A DNA stretch of 64,000 nucleotides from Desulfomicrobium sp. (lineage in GTDB: Bacteria > Desulfobacterota > Desulfovibrionia > Desulfovibrionales > Desulfomicrobiaceae): the NCBI GenBank assembly GCA_040768745.1, contig JAXGMI010000002.1:860125-924124 (forward strand), given 5' to 3'. Below the pieces are notes generated by a model, which had not been told where the DNA came from, did not search any database, and worked only from the letters and a program-made list of their open reading frames with translations. The position numbers were made by a program, and so were the translations under genes. Of the stretch, positions 44,606-55,516 are shown one piece after another. Positions within the stretch are counted from its first letter, which is position 1, and each line of letters begins with the position of its first letter.

Positions 44606-47053
44606 CTACTGGTGGCTCACGCAGGTCTGGCTCTTGTGCAGGGCCTTGGAGATGGGCATGACATCGGCCTCAGTGCAGAAAAGGCTCTCCCTGGTCACGT
44701 TCAGCAGGGCCTCGCACAGGACCTGGTCCATGCTCTCCACGAGCACGACTTGGAGGTCCTTGAGGATGGTTTTGGGCACCTCCTTCAGATCGCGCTCGTT
44801 CTCCTTGGGCAGGAGCACACGGGTGATCAGGCCGCGATGGGCGGCCAACAGCTTCTCGCGCACCCCCCCGATGGGCAGGACCCGCCCGCGCAGGGTGATC
44901 TCGCCGGTCATGGCCACGTCGTGTCTGACCGGAATGTCCAGCAGGGCCGAGGCCAGGCAGGTGGCCAGGGTGATTCCGGCCGAGGGGCCGTCCTTGGGCG
45001 TGGCCCCTTCGGGCACGTGGATGTGGATGTCCACGTCCTTGTAGAAATCCCGGCGTAGGCCGAACATCTCCGAACGGGAGCGGATGTAACTGATGGCGGC
45101 CCGGGCCGACTCCTGCATGACGTCACCGAGCTTGCCTGTGATCTCGATCTTGCCCGTGCCCGGCATGAGGGCCACCTCGACAAAAAGGAGCTCCCCGCCA
45201 GTCTGGGTCCAGGCCAGACCCGTGGCCACACCGACCTGGGCCTCTTCCTCGCGCTGGTCGTGGCGGACCTTGGGAATGCCCAGATAGGTGCCGACCATGG
45301 ATTTCGTCACGCTCACGTTCTTGTCCAGGTCCTTGCCTTCCACCAGGGTGCGGGCCACCTTGCGGCAGATGGAGGCCAGCTCCCGCTCCAGGTTGCGCAC
45401 CCCGGACTCCCGGGTGTAGCGGCGGATGATTTCCAGGATCGCACCCTTGGACAGGGTCAGGTTCTGCACGGTCAGCCCGTGCAGCTTCGTCTGCTTGGGC
45501 AGCAGAAAATCCGAGGCGATGCGCTCCTTCTCGGTTTCCAGATAGCCGGGGATGGAAATGATCTCCATGCGGTCCTGCAGGGGCAGCGGGATGGTCTGCA
45601 GGGAATTGGCCGTGGTGATGAAAAAGACCTGGGACAGGTCGTAGTCCATGTCCAGGTAATGGTCGTTGAAGGCAATGTTCTGTTCCGGATCAAGCACCTC
45701 CAGCAGGGCGGCCGAAGGGTCACCGCGGAAATCCATGCTCATCTTGTCCACCTCGTCCAGACAGAAGACCGGATTGTTGGAGGACACCCGCCGCAGGGAC
45801 TGGATGATCTTGCCCGGCAGGGCCCCGACATAGGTCCGGCGATGACCGCGGATCTCGGCCTCGTCCCGCACTCCGCCCAGGGACAGACGCACGAACTCCC
45901 GCCCCGTGGCCCGGGCAATGGACTTGGCCAGGGAGGTCTTGCCCACACCGGGAGGGCCCACCAGGCAGAGGATGGGGCCGCGCAGCTTTTTGACCAGGGC
46001 CTGCACGGCCAGGTATTCGAGAATGCGCTCCTTGGGCTTTTCCAGCCCGTAGTGGTCGTCGTCCAGAATTTTCTGGGCCTCGGTGATGTCGATCTCCAGC
46101 TCGCGGACCGCCTTCCACGGCAGGGCCAGGATCCAGTCCACATAGTTGCGCAGCACGGCGTATTCGGCCGACGAGGGCGGAGTCTGGCGCAGCTTCTTGA
46201 CTTCGGCCATGGCCTTTTCCCGGGCCTCCTCGGGCATGTTCTTGGCCTTGAGCTGGGCCTCCAGTTCCTCCACATCGGCTTTGGGGTCGAAATCCCGGCC
46301 CATCTCCTTGTGGATGGCTTTGAGCTGCTCACCCAGATAATAGTCCTTCTGGTTCTCCTCCATCTGCTTCTTGACCCGGCCCTTGATCTTCTTCTCCAGG
46401 GAAAAGACCTCGATTTCCTCCTGGATCAGTTCATAGACCCGCTCCAGGCGATGGATCGGGTCCAGGATCTCCAGCACGGCCTGCTTGCGGTCAAAAGGCG
46501 CCTTGAGGTGGGGGGCGATGGTGTCGGCCAGGCGGCCGGGCTGGGTCACGCCGGTGATGGCCATGACCGTCTCCTTGGCCAGTTTGCGATTGACCTGGGC
46601 GTATTCCTCCACGGCCTCGTGGGTGGCCCGGACCAGGGCCTCGCCCTCCAGGGAACTGTCCTCCCTGTCTGGCAGGGAGGCCACCCGCACCATCTGGATC
46701 TCGTCCCGGATCATGAGCCCGCGCTCCCGGTCCCAGCCTGCCCGGTACAAGCCCTCGAACAGGACCTTGATTGTCCCGTCGGGCAGCCTGAGCATCTGCA
46801 GGACCTTGCTGACCGTCCCGACCTCGAACAAACCGTGGACCTCGGGGCGCTCCTGGCCGGGGTCCTTCTGGGTGACCAGGAAAATCCGCTTCTCGTATCT
46901 GTCCAGGGCCATCTCGATGGCCTTGATGGACGAATCCCGGCCCACGAACAGGGGCACGATGGACTTGGGGAACATGACCACTTCCCGCAGGGACATGACC
47001 GGAAGGATCATGCTCTCGGACGTGGCTTTCTCGAAAATGATGGCATCGGACAT
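44606..47053 (-). CDS. lon: Endopeptidase La
   Basis: GPPGVGKTS, PKDGPSAG, TGEITLRG, GGVREK. Confidence 0.98.
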   Translation of the reverse strand: MSDAIIFEKATSESMILPVMSLREVVMFPKSIVPLFVGRDSSIKAIEMALDRYEKRIFLVTQKDPGQERPEVHGLFEVGTVSKVLQMLRLPDGTIKVLFEGLYRAGWDRERGLMIRDEIQMVRVASLPDREDSSLEGEALVRATHEAVEEYAQVNRKLAKETVMAITGVTQPGRLADTIAPHLKAPFDRKQAVLEILDPIHRLERVYELIQEEIEVFSLEKKIKGRVKKQMEENQKDYYLGEQLKAIHKEMGRDFDPKADVEELEAQLKAKNMPEEAREKAMAEVKKLRQTPPSSAEYAVLRNYVDWILALPWKAVRELEIDITEAQKILDDDHYGLEKPKERILEYLAVQALVKKLRGPILCLVGPPGVGKTSLAKSIARATGREFVRLSLGGVRDEAEIRGHRRTYVGALPGKIIQSLRRVSSNNPVFCLDEVDKMSMDFRGDPSAALLEVLDPEQNIAFNDHYLDMDYDLSQVFFITTANSLQTIPLPLQDRMEIISIPGYLETEKERIASDFLLPKQTKLHGLTVQNLTLSKGAILEIIRRYTRESGVRNLERELASICRKVARTLVEGKDLDKNVSVTKSMVGTYLGIPKVRHDQREEEAQVGVATGLAWTQTGGELLFVEVALMPGTGKIEITGKLGDVMQESARAAISYIRSRSEMFGLRRDFYKDVDIHIHVPEGATPKDGPSAGITLATCLASALLDIPVRHDVAMTGEITLRGRVLPIGGVREKLLAAHRGLITRVLLPKENERDLKEVPKTILKDLQVVLVESMDQVLCEALLNVTRESLFCTEADVMPISKALHKSQTCVSHQ

Positions 47054-47087
47054 GACTGGTCTCGCTGAGCCGTGCTGGCCGGCTGGG

Positions 47088-48338
47088 TCAGGCGCTCTTG
47101 GCCTCGGGTTTACTCAGGATGAGCGGCTCCTTGCCCTCCTCCACCACGGCACTGTTGATCACGCACTCGGCCACGTTCTTCATGGACGGCACGTTGTACA
47201 TGATGTCGAGCATGATGGATTCCATGACAGACCTGAGGCCGCGGGCCCCGGTCTCGAGCTTGATGGCCTTGGCGGCTATGGCCTTCAGCGCGTTGGTCGT
47301 GAACTTCAGCTCCACGTTCTCCAGCTCGAACATCTTCTGGTACTGCTTGATCAGGGCGTTCCTGGGCTCCTGCAGGATGCGCATCAGATCGTCCTCGGTC
47401 AGCTCGGTCAGGGAGGTGATGACCGAGATGCGGCCCGTGAACTCCGGGATGAGCCCATAGCGGATGAGGTCCATGGGATGGACCTGTTTCAGGAGGGCGT
47501 CGGTGTTCGCGTCCCCCTTGCGGCGGACCTTGGCCTCGAACCCCATGCCGGACCCCTGCACGCGCTGCTTGACCATGTCCTCCAGGCCGATGAAGGCGCC
47601 GCCGACGATGAACAGGATGTTCGAGGTGTTCAGCCGGATGAACTCCTGCTGGGGGTGCTTGCGGCCGCCCTTGGGGGGGATGTTGGCCACGGTGCCCTCG
47701 ATGATCTTCAGCAGGGCCTGCTGCACGCCCTCGCCCGACACGTCGCGGGTGATGGACGGGCTGTCGGACTTGCGCGAAATCTTGTCGATTTCGTCCACGT
47801 AGATGATGCCCCTGGCTGCCGCTTCCAGGTCATAGTCCGCGTTCTGCACCAGCTGCACCAGGATGTTCTCCACGTCCTCGCCCACATAGCCGGCCTCGGT
47901 CAGGGTGGTGGCGTCGGCAATGGCAAAGGGAACCTTCAGGATGCGGGCCAGGGTCTGGGCCAGGAGCGTCTTGCCCGAGCCCGTGGGGCCGATCAGCAGG
48001 ATGTTGCTCTTGTCCAGTTCCACGTCGTCCGCAGCCTGGGCATGATACTTGATCCGCTTGTAGTGGTTGTACACGGCCACGGACAGGATCTTCTTGGCGT
48101 CGTCCTGGCCGACCACGTAGTCGTCCAGGGCGGCCTTGATCTCCTTGGGCAGGGGGATCTCGGAAGAATCGAGCTCTTCCTTGCGGTTGTCGTTTTTGAG
48201 GATGTCATCGCACAGGACGATGCACTCGTTGCAGATATAGACATCCGGGCCGGCGATGAGGCGCTGGACCTCGTCCTGACCTTTGCCGCAAAAGGAGCAG
48301 TTCAGATCCTTGCCGGTGCGTTTCTTTCGTTCAGCCAT
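47088..48338 (-). CDS. clpX: ClpX ATPase
   Basis: CSFCGK zinc finger, [24 protein letters not shown]. Confidence 0.98.
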   Translation of the reverse strand: MAERKKRTGKDLNCSFCGKGQDEVQRLIAGPDVYICNECIVLCDDILKNDNRKEELDSSEIPLPKEIKAALDDYVVGQDDAKKILSVAVYNHYKRIKYHAQAADDVELDKSNILLIGPTGSGKTLLAQTLARILKVPFAIADATTLTEAGYVGEDVENILVQLVQNADYDLEAAARGIIYVDEIDKISRKSDSPSITRDVSGEGVQQALLKIIEGTVANIPPKGGRKHPQQEFIRLNTSNILFIVGGAFIGLEDMVKQRVQGSGMGFEAKVRRKGDANTDALLKQVHPMDLIRYGLIPEFTGRISVITSLTELTEDDLMRILQEPRNALIKQYQKMFELENVELKFTTNALKAIAAKAIKLETGARGLRSVMESIMLDIMYNVPSMKNVAECVINSAVVEEGKEPLILSKPEAKSA

Positions 48339-48367
48339 ACATACCTCAATGATTCGTGATCTGCGGG

Positions 48368-48964
48368 CTAGCCCAGGTCCTTGCGGGAGGCCAGGACCTG
48401 GTCGATGAGGCCGTAGGCGCAGGCCTCCTCGCCACTCATGAAATAATCCCGCTCCGTGTCCTGTTCAACCTTTTCCAGGGTCTGCCCGGTATGCTTGGCC
48501 AGGATGCCGTTCAGTTCCCCGCGCAGGCGGATGATCTCCTTGGCCTGGATGGCGATGTCCGTGGCCTGGCCCTGGAACCCGCCCATGGGCTGATGGATCA
48601 TGATCCGCGAATGGGGCAGGGTGTAGCGCATGCCCTTCTCGCCGGCGGCCAGCAGCACCGCGGCCATGCTGGCGGCCTGGCCGATGCAGAGTGTGGCCAC
48701 GGGGGCCGAAATGTACTGCATGGTGTCGTAGATGGCCATGCCCGACGTGACCGACCCCCCAGGGGAATTGATGTACACGTTGATCTGCTTCTCGGGGTTT
48801 TCCGACTCCAGGAACAGGAGCTGGGCGCAGATGGAGTTGGCGACGTGGTCGTCGATGGGGGTGCCCAGGAGCACGATGCGGTCCTTGAGCAGGCGGGAAT
48901 AGATATCGTACATCCGCTCGCCGCGGCCGGTGTTCTCGATGACGAATACGGAATTGCTGACCAT
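48368..48964 (-). CDS. clpP: ClpP protease
   Basis: [29 protein letters not shown]. Confidence 0.98.
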   Translation of the reverse strand: MVSNSVFVIENTGRGERMYDIYSRLLKDRIVLLGTPIDDHVANSICAQLLFLESENPEKQINVYINSPGGSVTSGMAIYDTMQYISAPVATLCIGQAASMAAVLLAAGEKGMRYTLPHSRIMIHQPMGGFQGQATDIAIQAKEIIRLRGELNGILAKHTGQTLEKVEQDTERDYFMSGEEACAYGLIDQVLASRKDLG

Positions 48965-49111
48965 GAATGCTCCTCGTGCACGGACTGCGTGCTGATTCCA
49001 AAGACTTGAAAAATAACGCTCCCGGACAAGGTGTCAAGGGGAGAACGTAACGGGGGTGCGGGATGGTGGAGGATGCCCACCGGGAAACGGGCTGTCCCGC
49101 GTCCCGGGGGG

Positions 49112-49141
49112 AAAAAGGGGGCCGGAAACAAGACGGCCCCC
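49112..49141 (-). terminator. Terminator-like hairpin after tig
   Basis: GGGGGCCG...CGGCCCCC stem with A-tract. Confidence 0.55.
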
Positions 49142-49150
49142 GGGGGTCTG

Positions 49151-50461
49151 CTAGGCCGTGGCCTCACCCTGGACCGCGGGAACCTTGGCCACCTGGGCGT
49201 GGGAATAGACAATCTCCATGGCCTTGTCAGCCAGGACGCGATCCTTCAAGGGAATCATCAGGTTGTGCTGCTCGTAGTAGTCCTTGATGGAGTGGAAATC
49301 CTGCCCCGTGGAAGCCGCCATCTTCTGCAGGACCAGGTCCACCTCCTGGGGCTCCACGTTCAGGCCCTCGGCCGCGGCAATGGCCAGAAGGACCAGGGAG
49401 GACTTGACCACCTCCTCGGCCATGGGACGCTGCTCGGCGCGCAGTTCCTGGGGGGTGCGGCCAAGGGAGGCCAGGCTCTTGCCCTGGCGCTCAAGCTTGC
49501 CCTGCAATTCCACGACCTGTTTGTCGATCTGCTCCTCCACAACGCTCTGGGGCAGCTCGAAACTGACCTGGGCCTTGATCTGGTCGAGCAGCTTCTTCTG
49601 GGCGTCGCCCTTGACCAGCTGGGCGCGGGTCGAGGAGTAGGACTTCTGGATGGCGTCCTTCAGGTCCTGCACGCTCTTGTATCCGCCGGCCAGTTCGGCG
49701 AAATCGTCATCCACGTCGGGAAGCTGCCGGACCTTGATGGCGTGCAGGGTGACCTGCATGTTCACGGTCTGGCCGGCCAGCTTGTCGTTGATGAAGTCAG
49801 GGGGAAAGGTCAGTTCGCGCTCCGCGCTCTGGCCCGGGGTCATGCCGACGACGATGTCCTCGAACTCAGGCAGGGAATTGCCCTCGCCCAGGGGCAGCTC
49901 GAACTTGTTGGCAGCGATCCCCTCCATGGCCTGGCCATTCTGGAAGGCCTGGAAGTCGATGACGGCGATGTCGCCGCTGACCACGGGACGCTCCTCCTTG
50001 ATGATCACGGTCTTGGCCATGTTCTGGCGGATGCGCTCCACCACGTCCTCGACCTGCTGGGGATCCACCGCGACCTCCTCTTCCTCCACGGCCAGACCCT
50101 TGTACTCGGGCAGGTCGAACTTGGGCGCGATCTCAAAGGAGAAAGAATAGGAGAACGGCTCCTCGCGGACCATCTCCTTGGCGTCCACATCGATGCGCGA
50201 CAGGGGGGAAAGGCCCAGCTCGCCCATGATTTCGTTGATGTGGAAGTTGATCAGGTCACTGGTGGCCTCCCCGTGGATCTGCTTGCGGAACTTGGCCTCC
50301 ACCACGGAAGAAGGCACCTTGCCCTTGCGAAACCCCTTGATGTCCGCGTCCCTGCGGTACAGGGCCACTGTGGCGGCCAGGGCGGCCTGCACTTCCTCGA
50401 CCCCCACGTCGACGGTCACCTTGCGCTTGACCGGGGACAATTCCTCGACTTTGTACTCCAT
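49151..50461 (-). CDS. tig: Trigger factor
   Basis: GFRKGKVP ribosome-binding motif, FKBP domain; start MEYKVEE. Confidence 0.96.
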   Translation of the reverse strand: MEYKVEELSPVKRKVTVDVGVEEVQAALAATVALYRRDADIKGFRKGKVPSSVVEAKFRKQIHGEATSDLINFHINEIMGELGLSPLSRIDVDAKEMVREEPFSYSFSFEIAPKFDLPEYKGLAVEEEEVAVDPQQVEDVVERIRQNMAKTVIIKEERPVVSGDIAVIDFQAFQNGQAMEGIAANKFELPLGEGNSLPEFEDIVVGMTPGQSAERELTFPPDFINDKLAGQTVNMQVTLHAIKVRQLPDVDDDFAELAGGYKSVQDLKDAIQKSYSSTRAQLVKGDAQKKLLDQIKAQVSFELPQSVVEEQIDKQVVELQGKLERQGKSLASLGRTPQELRAEQRPMAEEVVKSSLVLLAIAAAEGLNVEPQEVDLVLQKMAASTGQDFHSIKDYYEQHNLMIPLKDRVLADKAMEIVYSHAQVAKVPAVQGEATA

Positions 50462-50720
50462 GACTGACTCCTTTGACCTGGGCCTTGCGGAGGCCCGGAT
50501 GTTTTTTATGGCGATGTACGCCCGAAAGCGCATCTGCGGACAGAACGGTTTGGCAGCGCCTGCAGCCCGAAGATCTCATCCTGTCCTGCCTGGCCCTCCG
50601 GGCCTGCGGGGATATGTGCGCATCGGCGTTCATTCATACAGAAGAAATTTGCTGACCACTCCCGCCACGGTGACGTCGCCGCGCATCAACCCCCCGGCCC
50701 ACAAAACCGTTCTGCCCGGC

Positions 50721-50803
50721 TGGTGCGAGAGGGGGGACTCGAACCCCCACGGTTACCCGCTAGATCCTAAGTCTAGTGCGTCTACCAGTTCCGCCACCCT
50801 CGC
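50721..50803 (-). tRNA. tRNA-Leu(TAG)
   Basis: Reverse complement GCGAGGGTGGCGGAACTGGTAGACGC...CTTAGGA...GGTTCGAGTCCC...CACCA with long variable arm. Confidence 0.96.
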
Positions 50804-50996
50804 CTGTTCACAAAAGGATGTCCATAAACAAGCTCTTCCCGCGCTGTCAATCTGCGCCCGCGGGCCTGCGCAGCCGTCAGGGCCGTGCGCGCCACGGCCG
50901 TGGCCGCGTTGACAACAGGCGGGAACTCATGCTCAATTCTCTCCACTAAAAACCCTCTTGCGCTGGCCGAGAAGGCCAACACCCCCAGAGAGAGCC

Positions 50997-52160
50997 ATGG
51001 ACATCCTCTATCTTTCCCCCGAATTCCCCCCCAACTACGCCAATTTCGTGCTGAGACTCAATGAACTGGGTGTCAATGTCTGGGCCATGGGGGAGGCTGA
51101 CTTTCATTTCATGCCCGAACAGGTGCGCTCCGCCCTGACATGGTATGTCAAGGCGGACCTGAATTCCCGGGCCGAGGTCCGCGGGGCCCTGGACACCCTC
51201 CTGGACGTCAAGACCTCCGCGGGCGGGGCGCGGCATTTCGACCTGGTCGAGTCCCACAACGAACAGTGGCTCCGGCTGGAGGCCTTCATCAACCACACCC
51301 TGGGCATCGAGGGCATCACCCCGCAGGATCTGGACCGCCTCAAGAAAAAGTCGGTCATGAAGGAGATCTTCAGGGACAGCGGCCTGCCCGTGGCCAGGGG
51401 CCAACGGGTCGAGGATCTCGAGGGTGCCCTGGCTCTGGCCCACGACCTGGGATACCCCCTCATCCTCAAACCCGACGAAGGGGTTGGGGCCGGAGGGGTG
51501 CACAAAGTCGTCGACACGGCCCAGCTCAGGCATCTGTGGCCGCAACTCGACGGCGACTACCTCATGGAGGAATTCATCGACGCCAAAATCGTCACCTATG
51601 ACGGCCTGACCGACCGAAGCGGGCGGATCTGCTTCGACAGCTCCCTGGTCTACGGGGACGGCATCCTGGACTACGTCCTGGGCAAGGACGTCTTTTTCTA
51701 CGTGAACCGCGCCATGCCGGACAGACTCAAACAGGTGGGCTCCTCCCTGGTCGAGCGCTTCGGCATCCGCAGGAAGTTCTTCCACTTCGAATTCTTCGTT
51801 GTCCGCGACGGGTACATGCCCATCGAGATCAACTGCCGGCCCCCCGGCGGACCCATCCTCGACATGATGAACTTCAGTGTGGACGACGACCTGTATGCGG
51901 CCTATGCCCGCATGGTCGCCCATGGCAGCGCCGAGGTGGCGAGGCACAGAAAGTATTTCTGCTGCTACCTCGGACGGCGGGACGGCCACTACGCGCACGG
52001 CCATGCCGACATCCTGCGCGTGTTCGGGCACCGCCTGGTGGATTACGGCGAAAATCCCCCCCTCTTCCAGAACGCCATGGGCCGATACCGCTACATCCTC
52101 AGGTCCGACTCTGAACCGGAAATCCTGCGCATGGCCCAATTCGTGCTGCAGAAGCCATGA
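50997..52160 (+). CDS. ATP-grasp domain protein
   Basis: KSVMK, GYPLILKPDEGVGA, MEEFI, FHFEFF, EINCRPPGG. Confidence 0.85.
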   Translation: MDILYLSPEFPPNYANFVLRLNELGVNVWAMGEADFHFMPEQVRSALTWYVKADLNSRAEVRGALDTLLDVKTSAGGARHFDLVESHNEQWLRLEAFINHTLGIEGITPQDLDRLKKKSVMKEIFRDSGLPVARGQRVEDLEGALALAHDLGYPLILKPDEGVGAGGVHKVVDTAQLRHLWPQLDGDYLMEEFIDAKIVTYDGLTDRSGRICFDSSLVYGDGILDYVLGKDVFFYVNRAMPDRLKQVGSSLVERFGIRRKFFHFEFFVVRDGYMPIEINCRPPGGPILDMMNFSVDDDLYAAYARMVAHGSAEVARHRKYFCCYLGRRDGHYAHGHADILRVFGHRLVDYGENPPLFQNAMGRYRYILRSDSEPEILRMAQFVLQKP

Positions 52161-52221
52161 TGTTCTGCGCGGAGTCCACCGCCGGCCCCCCTCTCCACTC
52201 CGCCTGCCGTCGCAATTGCCC

Positions 52222-53001
52222 ATGATCGACATCCACTGCCATCTCCTGCCCGGACTCGACGACGGCCCCAGGACCATGGACGAGGCCATGGCCATGGCCC
52301 GCATGGCCGTGGCCGACGGGATCCGGGAGGTTGTGTGCACCCCCCACTGGCATCCCATGCTCTGCCCCAACGAGGGGGCCGAAATCGCCGTGGCCGTGGC
52401 CGTCCTGCGGGAACGGCTGCAGGTCGGCAGCATCCCCCTGCAGGTCTGGGGCGGGAGCGAACTCAGCCTGGACATGGACCTGGAGCCAGGGCTCAAGGAG
52501 GGCCGCTTGGCCACCCTCAACGACGGACCGTGGGTGCTGCTGGAATTGCCCGTCCTGTTCCTGCCCCGGGACACGGAACGCACCCTCACGTCCTTGCTCG
52601 CCCAGGGCTTGCGCGTGATCCTGGCCCATCCCGAGCGCTACGCCTATGTCAGAAGCGACCCATCCCGGTTGCAGGGCTGGGTCGAAATGGGCCTGTTCGT
52701 TCAGATCACGGCCGCCAGCCTGCTCGGCAGCCTGGGGCCGGAACTGGTCAGCCTCTGCCGCGTCCTGCTCGAACACCACCTGGTCCATTTCGTGGCCACC
52801 GACGCCCATGGGGCCAGTTCCAGGCGGCCCCTGCTCAGCGCCGCCCGGGACGCCGCGGCCGGGATCGTGGGCCCTCAGACGGCCGCCCGCCTGGTGGAGG
52901 ACAACCCCCGGGCCGTGTTGGCCGGAGCCCCCCTCTGCCTCGAGTCATGGGCGCCCGTGCCCTTGCCGCACAAGAAGCGCCCCTGGTTCGTGTTCTGGTG
53001 A
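52222..53001 (+). CDS. CpsB/CapC-family (PHP) protein-tyrosine phosphatase
   Basis: MIDIHCHLLPGLDDG, TPH, LAHPERY, ATDAH. Confidence 0.92.
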   Translation: MIDIHCHLLPGLDDGPRTMDEAMAMARMAVADGIREVVCTPHWHPMLCPNEGAEIAVAVAVLRERLQVGSIPLQVWGGSELSLDMDLEPGLKEGRLATLNDGPWVLLELPVLFLPRDTERTLTSLLAQGLRVILAHPERYAYVRSDPSRLQGWVEMGLFVQITAASLLGSLGPELVSLCRVLLEHHLVHFVATDAHGASSRRPLLSAARDAAAGIVGPQTAARLVEDNPRAVLAGAPLCLESWAPVPLPHKKRPWFVFW

Positions 53002-53044
53002 CCGATGCTTGGCCAGCAAGCCGCTGTTCTGAGGTGAGCCACAT

Positions 53045-53085
53045 AAAAAAGCTGGAAAAACACAGGTTCTTCCAGCTTTTCTTTC
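53045..53085. terminator. Bidirectional terminator between convergent genes
   Basis: AAAAGCTGGAA...TTCCAGCTTTT. Confidence 0.7.
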
Positions 53086-53105
53086 TGCGAATGGACGCTG
53101 CGCCC

Positions 53106-53771
53106 TCAGCGCAGACTACGCCGGCGTGCGGCCGCCAGGCCGAGCAGCCCGCACCCGAGCAGCAACAGACCCGCAGGCTCGGGGACAGGGGTGGGGCCGT
53201 TGGAGAGCAGGGTGAGCATAAGGAAGTCAAACCCGTAAAAATCCTTGGATGTATTGCGGTCAACGACCACGGTCAGGGAGCTCAACTCGTTGATCGCCCC
53301 CAGGACGTCCTGGCCCAGGTCAAAAGAGCGCACCCTGGTCACGGGAAAACCATCGGTGAATGCCCATGGCTGCACGATCCCGTTGAAGGTGACGATGACG
53401 GAGCCGAACACGGCGGCCTGAAACCCGACCATGTCGAACAGCAGGCTGCCCTCGGTCCAGCCTTGACCCAAGTCCGGGAAGGTGAAGGTCGCCACCGATC
53501 CAGGCTGCGGGGAATAGGCCCCCTTCACGGCCCGCACAGTGATCAGAGTCGGATGCGTCGTGCTGTAGGTGTCCGTGAACTGGGCCCCGTTGGTGGCCGT
53601 CTTCTCATCCCCGCTGCGGCCGTCCCAGCCGGCCCAGATCCCATCGAACTCGTGCTTGGCATTGTCGGCAATGCCCGCACCGTAGCCATCATTGTCCCCG
53701 ATCATCCACGTCGCGGCCCACATGGGCCTGGCCAGGAAGACAAGCAATGCCAGAATGATGAGCTTTTTCAT
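53106..53771 (-). CDS. PEP-CTERM sorting-domain surface protein
   Basis: Signal peptide; C-terminal VPEPAGLLLLGCGLLGLAAARRR. Confidence 0.93.
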   Translation of the reverse strand: MKKLIILALLVFLARPMWAATWMIGDNDGYGAGIADNAKHEFDGIWAGWDGRSGDEKTATNGAQFTDTYSTTHPTLITVRAVKGAYSPQPGSVATFTFPDLGQGWTEGSLLFDMVGFQAAVFGSVIVTFNGIVQPWAFTDGFPVTRVRSFDLGQDVLGAINELSSLTVVVDRNTSKDFYGFDFLMLTLLSNGPTPVPEPAGLLLLGCGLLGLAAARRRSLR

Positions 53772-53895
53772 GTTTTACTCCGCAAATTTCTCGCCCTCGG
53801 CCAACCTTGACGCGAACCACCGGCAGGTTTGCGGCCTTGGTCCGGGCCAGACCAACACGGTCAATCAAAAATGGTCCTTTCCTTACTTCCAGGTA

Positions 53896-54006
53896 AGCAT
53901 ATTTTCAGCCCAGGCAAAGCATGAAACCAGTCATACCAAAGTGTGTTTTTCGGGCAGGCGGAATCGACGAGTTTCCGTTTGTCATGCGTTGTGAGTCTGT
54001 TGAACA
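53896..54006 (-). promoter_or_regulatory. Candidate sigma-54 promoter (53896-53911) and TGT-N11-ACA enhancer (53990-54006) for the PEP-CTERM gene
   Basis: Minus strand GG-CTGAAAATAT-GC-T (GG-N10-GC, otherwise weak); TGTGAGTCTGTTGAACA ~80 bp further upstream. Confidence 0.4.
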
Positions 54007-54014
54007 ATCGAAGG

Positions 54015-55379
54015 CTAGCTCTCGACCCCGTGCTTCTTCAACAGGTCGTACATGGTGGGCCGGCTGATGCCCAGGGCCTCCGAGGCCTTGATGATGTTGC
54101 CCTCGTATTTGGCCATGGCGGCCAGGATCATTTTCTTCTCGACCATGGCCCGGCCCTCCTTCAGGGTTTTGTCCACCAGGTTGAAACCATTCACAGGGGC
54201 GACCTCCTCTCCGAAAGCCAGCTCATCGGCCGTGATCCGGGAGGAATCGGCCAGCAGCACCGCCCTGCGCAGCTTGTTTTCCAGTTCGCGGATATTGCCG
54301 GGCCAGGAGTAGCCCTGGAGGTAGGCCAGGGCCTCGGGCGTGAAGCCGCGCACGCTTTTGCCCAGGTCCCTGGCGATGCGCTCCAGGAAGTGCTCGGCCA
54401 GCAGGCGCACGTCCCCGTCCCGCTCGCGCAGGGGGGGGAGGTGGATGTTGACCACGCCGATGCGGTAATAGAGGTCCTCCCGGAAGGTCCCCTTGCTGAT
54501 GGCCGCATTGATGTCGATGTTCGTGGCCGCGATGATGCGCACGTTGACCGGGATGTCCTGGCGTCCGCCGACCCGCTGGATGACCATCTCCTGCAGGAAG
54601 CGGAGCAGCTTGACCTGCAGGTTCACGGGCAGTTCCCCGATCTCGTCCAGGAAAAGGGTGCCCTTGTCGGCGTATTCGACCTTGCCCTGCACCGTGGCCA
54701 CGGCCCCGGTAAAGGCCCCCTTCTGATGGCCGAAGAGCTCGGCTTCGATCAGGTTCTCGGGGATGGCCCCGCAGTTGATGCACACCATTGGGCCGTTTTT
54801 ACGCGGGCTCTTGGCGTGGATGGCCCGGGCCACAAGCTCCTTGCCGGTCCCGCTCTCCCCGGAGACCAGCACGGGCACGTCCGAGGGCGCCACCTTGTTG
54901 ATCAGGGTCAGGATGCCGCGCATGGCCGGACAGGCCCCCACGATCCCGCAACTGTCCTCCGCCGCGGGCACGCCCTGCTGAACCACGTTCTCCCGCTCGA
55001 TGGCATGCAGGTGCAGGGCCCGCCGGATGATGACCCGCAGCTCGTCCAGGTCGATGGGCTTGCGGAAAAAATCGAAGGCGCCCAGCTTGATGGCCTGCAG
55101 GGCGTTTTCGCGCTCGTCGTTGCCCGTGACCACGATGATCTTGGCCGACGGGTTGATGTTGAGCATCTCCTCCAACCCGCGGAAGCCCTCTTCGGAGGTG
55201 TCGGGATGGGGCGGCAGGCCGAGGTCCAGGGTCACCACCCCGGGCGAAACCTTGCGGAATATCTCCAGGGCCTGGTCCACGCTCTTGGCCAGGTGCAGGG
55301 TGTAGGCCTCGGAGGCCAGACCCCATTTGAGCTGGGTCAGGATGTCTTCGTTGTCGTCAATGATGAGCAGGTGTTCCAC
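54015..55379 (-). CDS. prsR: PEP-CTERM-box sigma-54 response regulator
   Basis: Receiver TLDLGLPP, GESGTGKE, GAFTGA, Fis HTH; adjacent to prsK; start GTG 55379 (or TTG 55391). Confidence 0.92.
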   Translation of the reverse strand: MEHLLIIDDNEDILTQLKWGLASEAYTLHLAKSVDQALEIFRKVSPGVVTLDLGLPPHPDTSEEGFRGLEEMLNINPSAKIIVVTGNDERENALQAIKLGAFDFFRKPIDLDELRVIIRRALHLHAIERENVVQQGVPAAEDSCGIVGACPAMRGILTLINKVAPSDVPVLVSGESGTGKELVARAIHAKSPRKNGPMVCINCGAIPENLIEAELFGHQKGAFTGAVATVQGKVEYADKGTLFLDEIGELPVNLQVKLLRFLQEMVIQRVGGRQDIPVNVRIIAATNIDINAAISKGTFREDLYYRIGVVNIHLPPLRERDGDVRLLAEHFLERIARDLGKSVRGFTPEALAYLQGYSWPGNIRELENKLRRAVLLADSSRITADELAFGEEVAPVNGFNLVDKTLKEGRAMVEKKMILAAMAKYEGNIIKASEALGISRPTMYDLLKKHGVES

Positions 55380-55516
55380 GATCTTCCTCAAATGTGCTGG
55401 GTGTTGGAGTCCGCGACGTTGCCCTCTCCTCTCCCCTGAAGGCTGTACCTAGCAGACTCCCGCACGAAACCCAAGGGTCCTCCCGGACATGGGGCAGAAA
55501 TCGGCTGCATGGGCCC

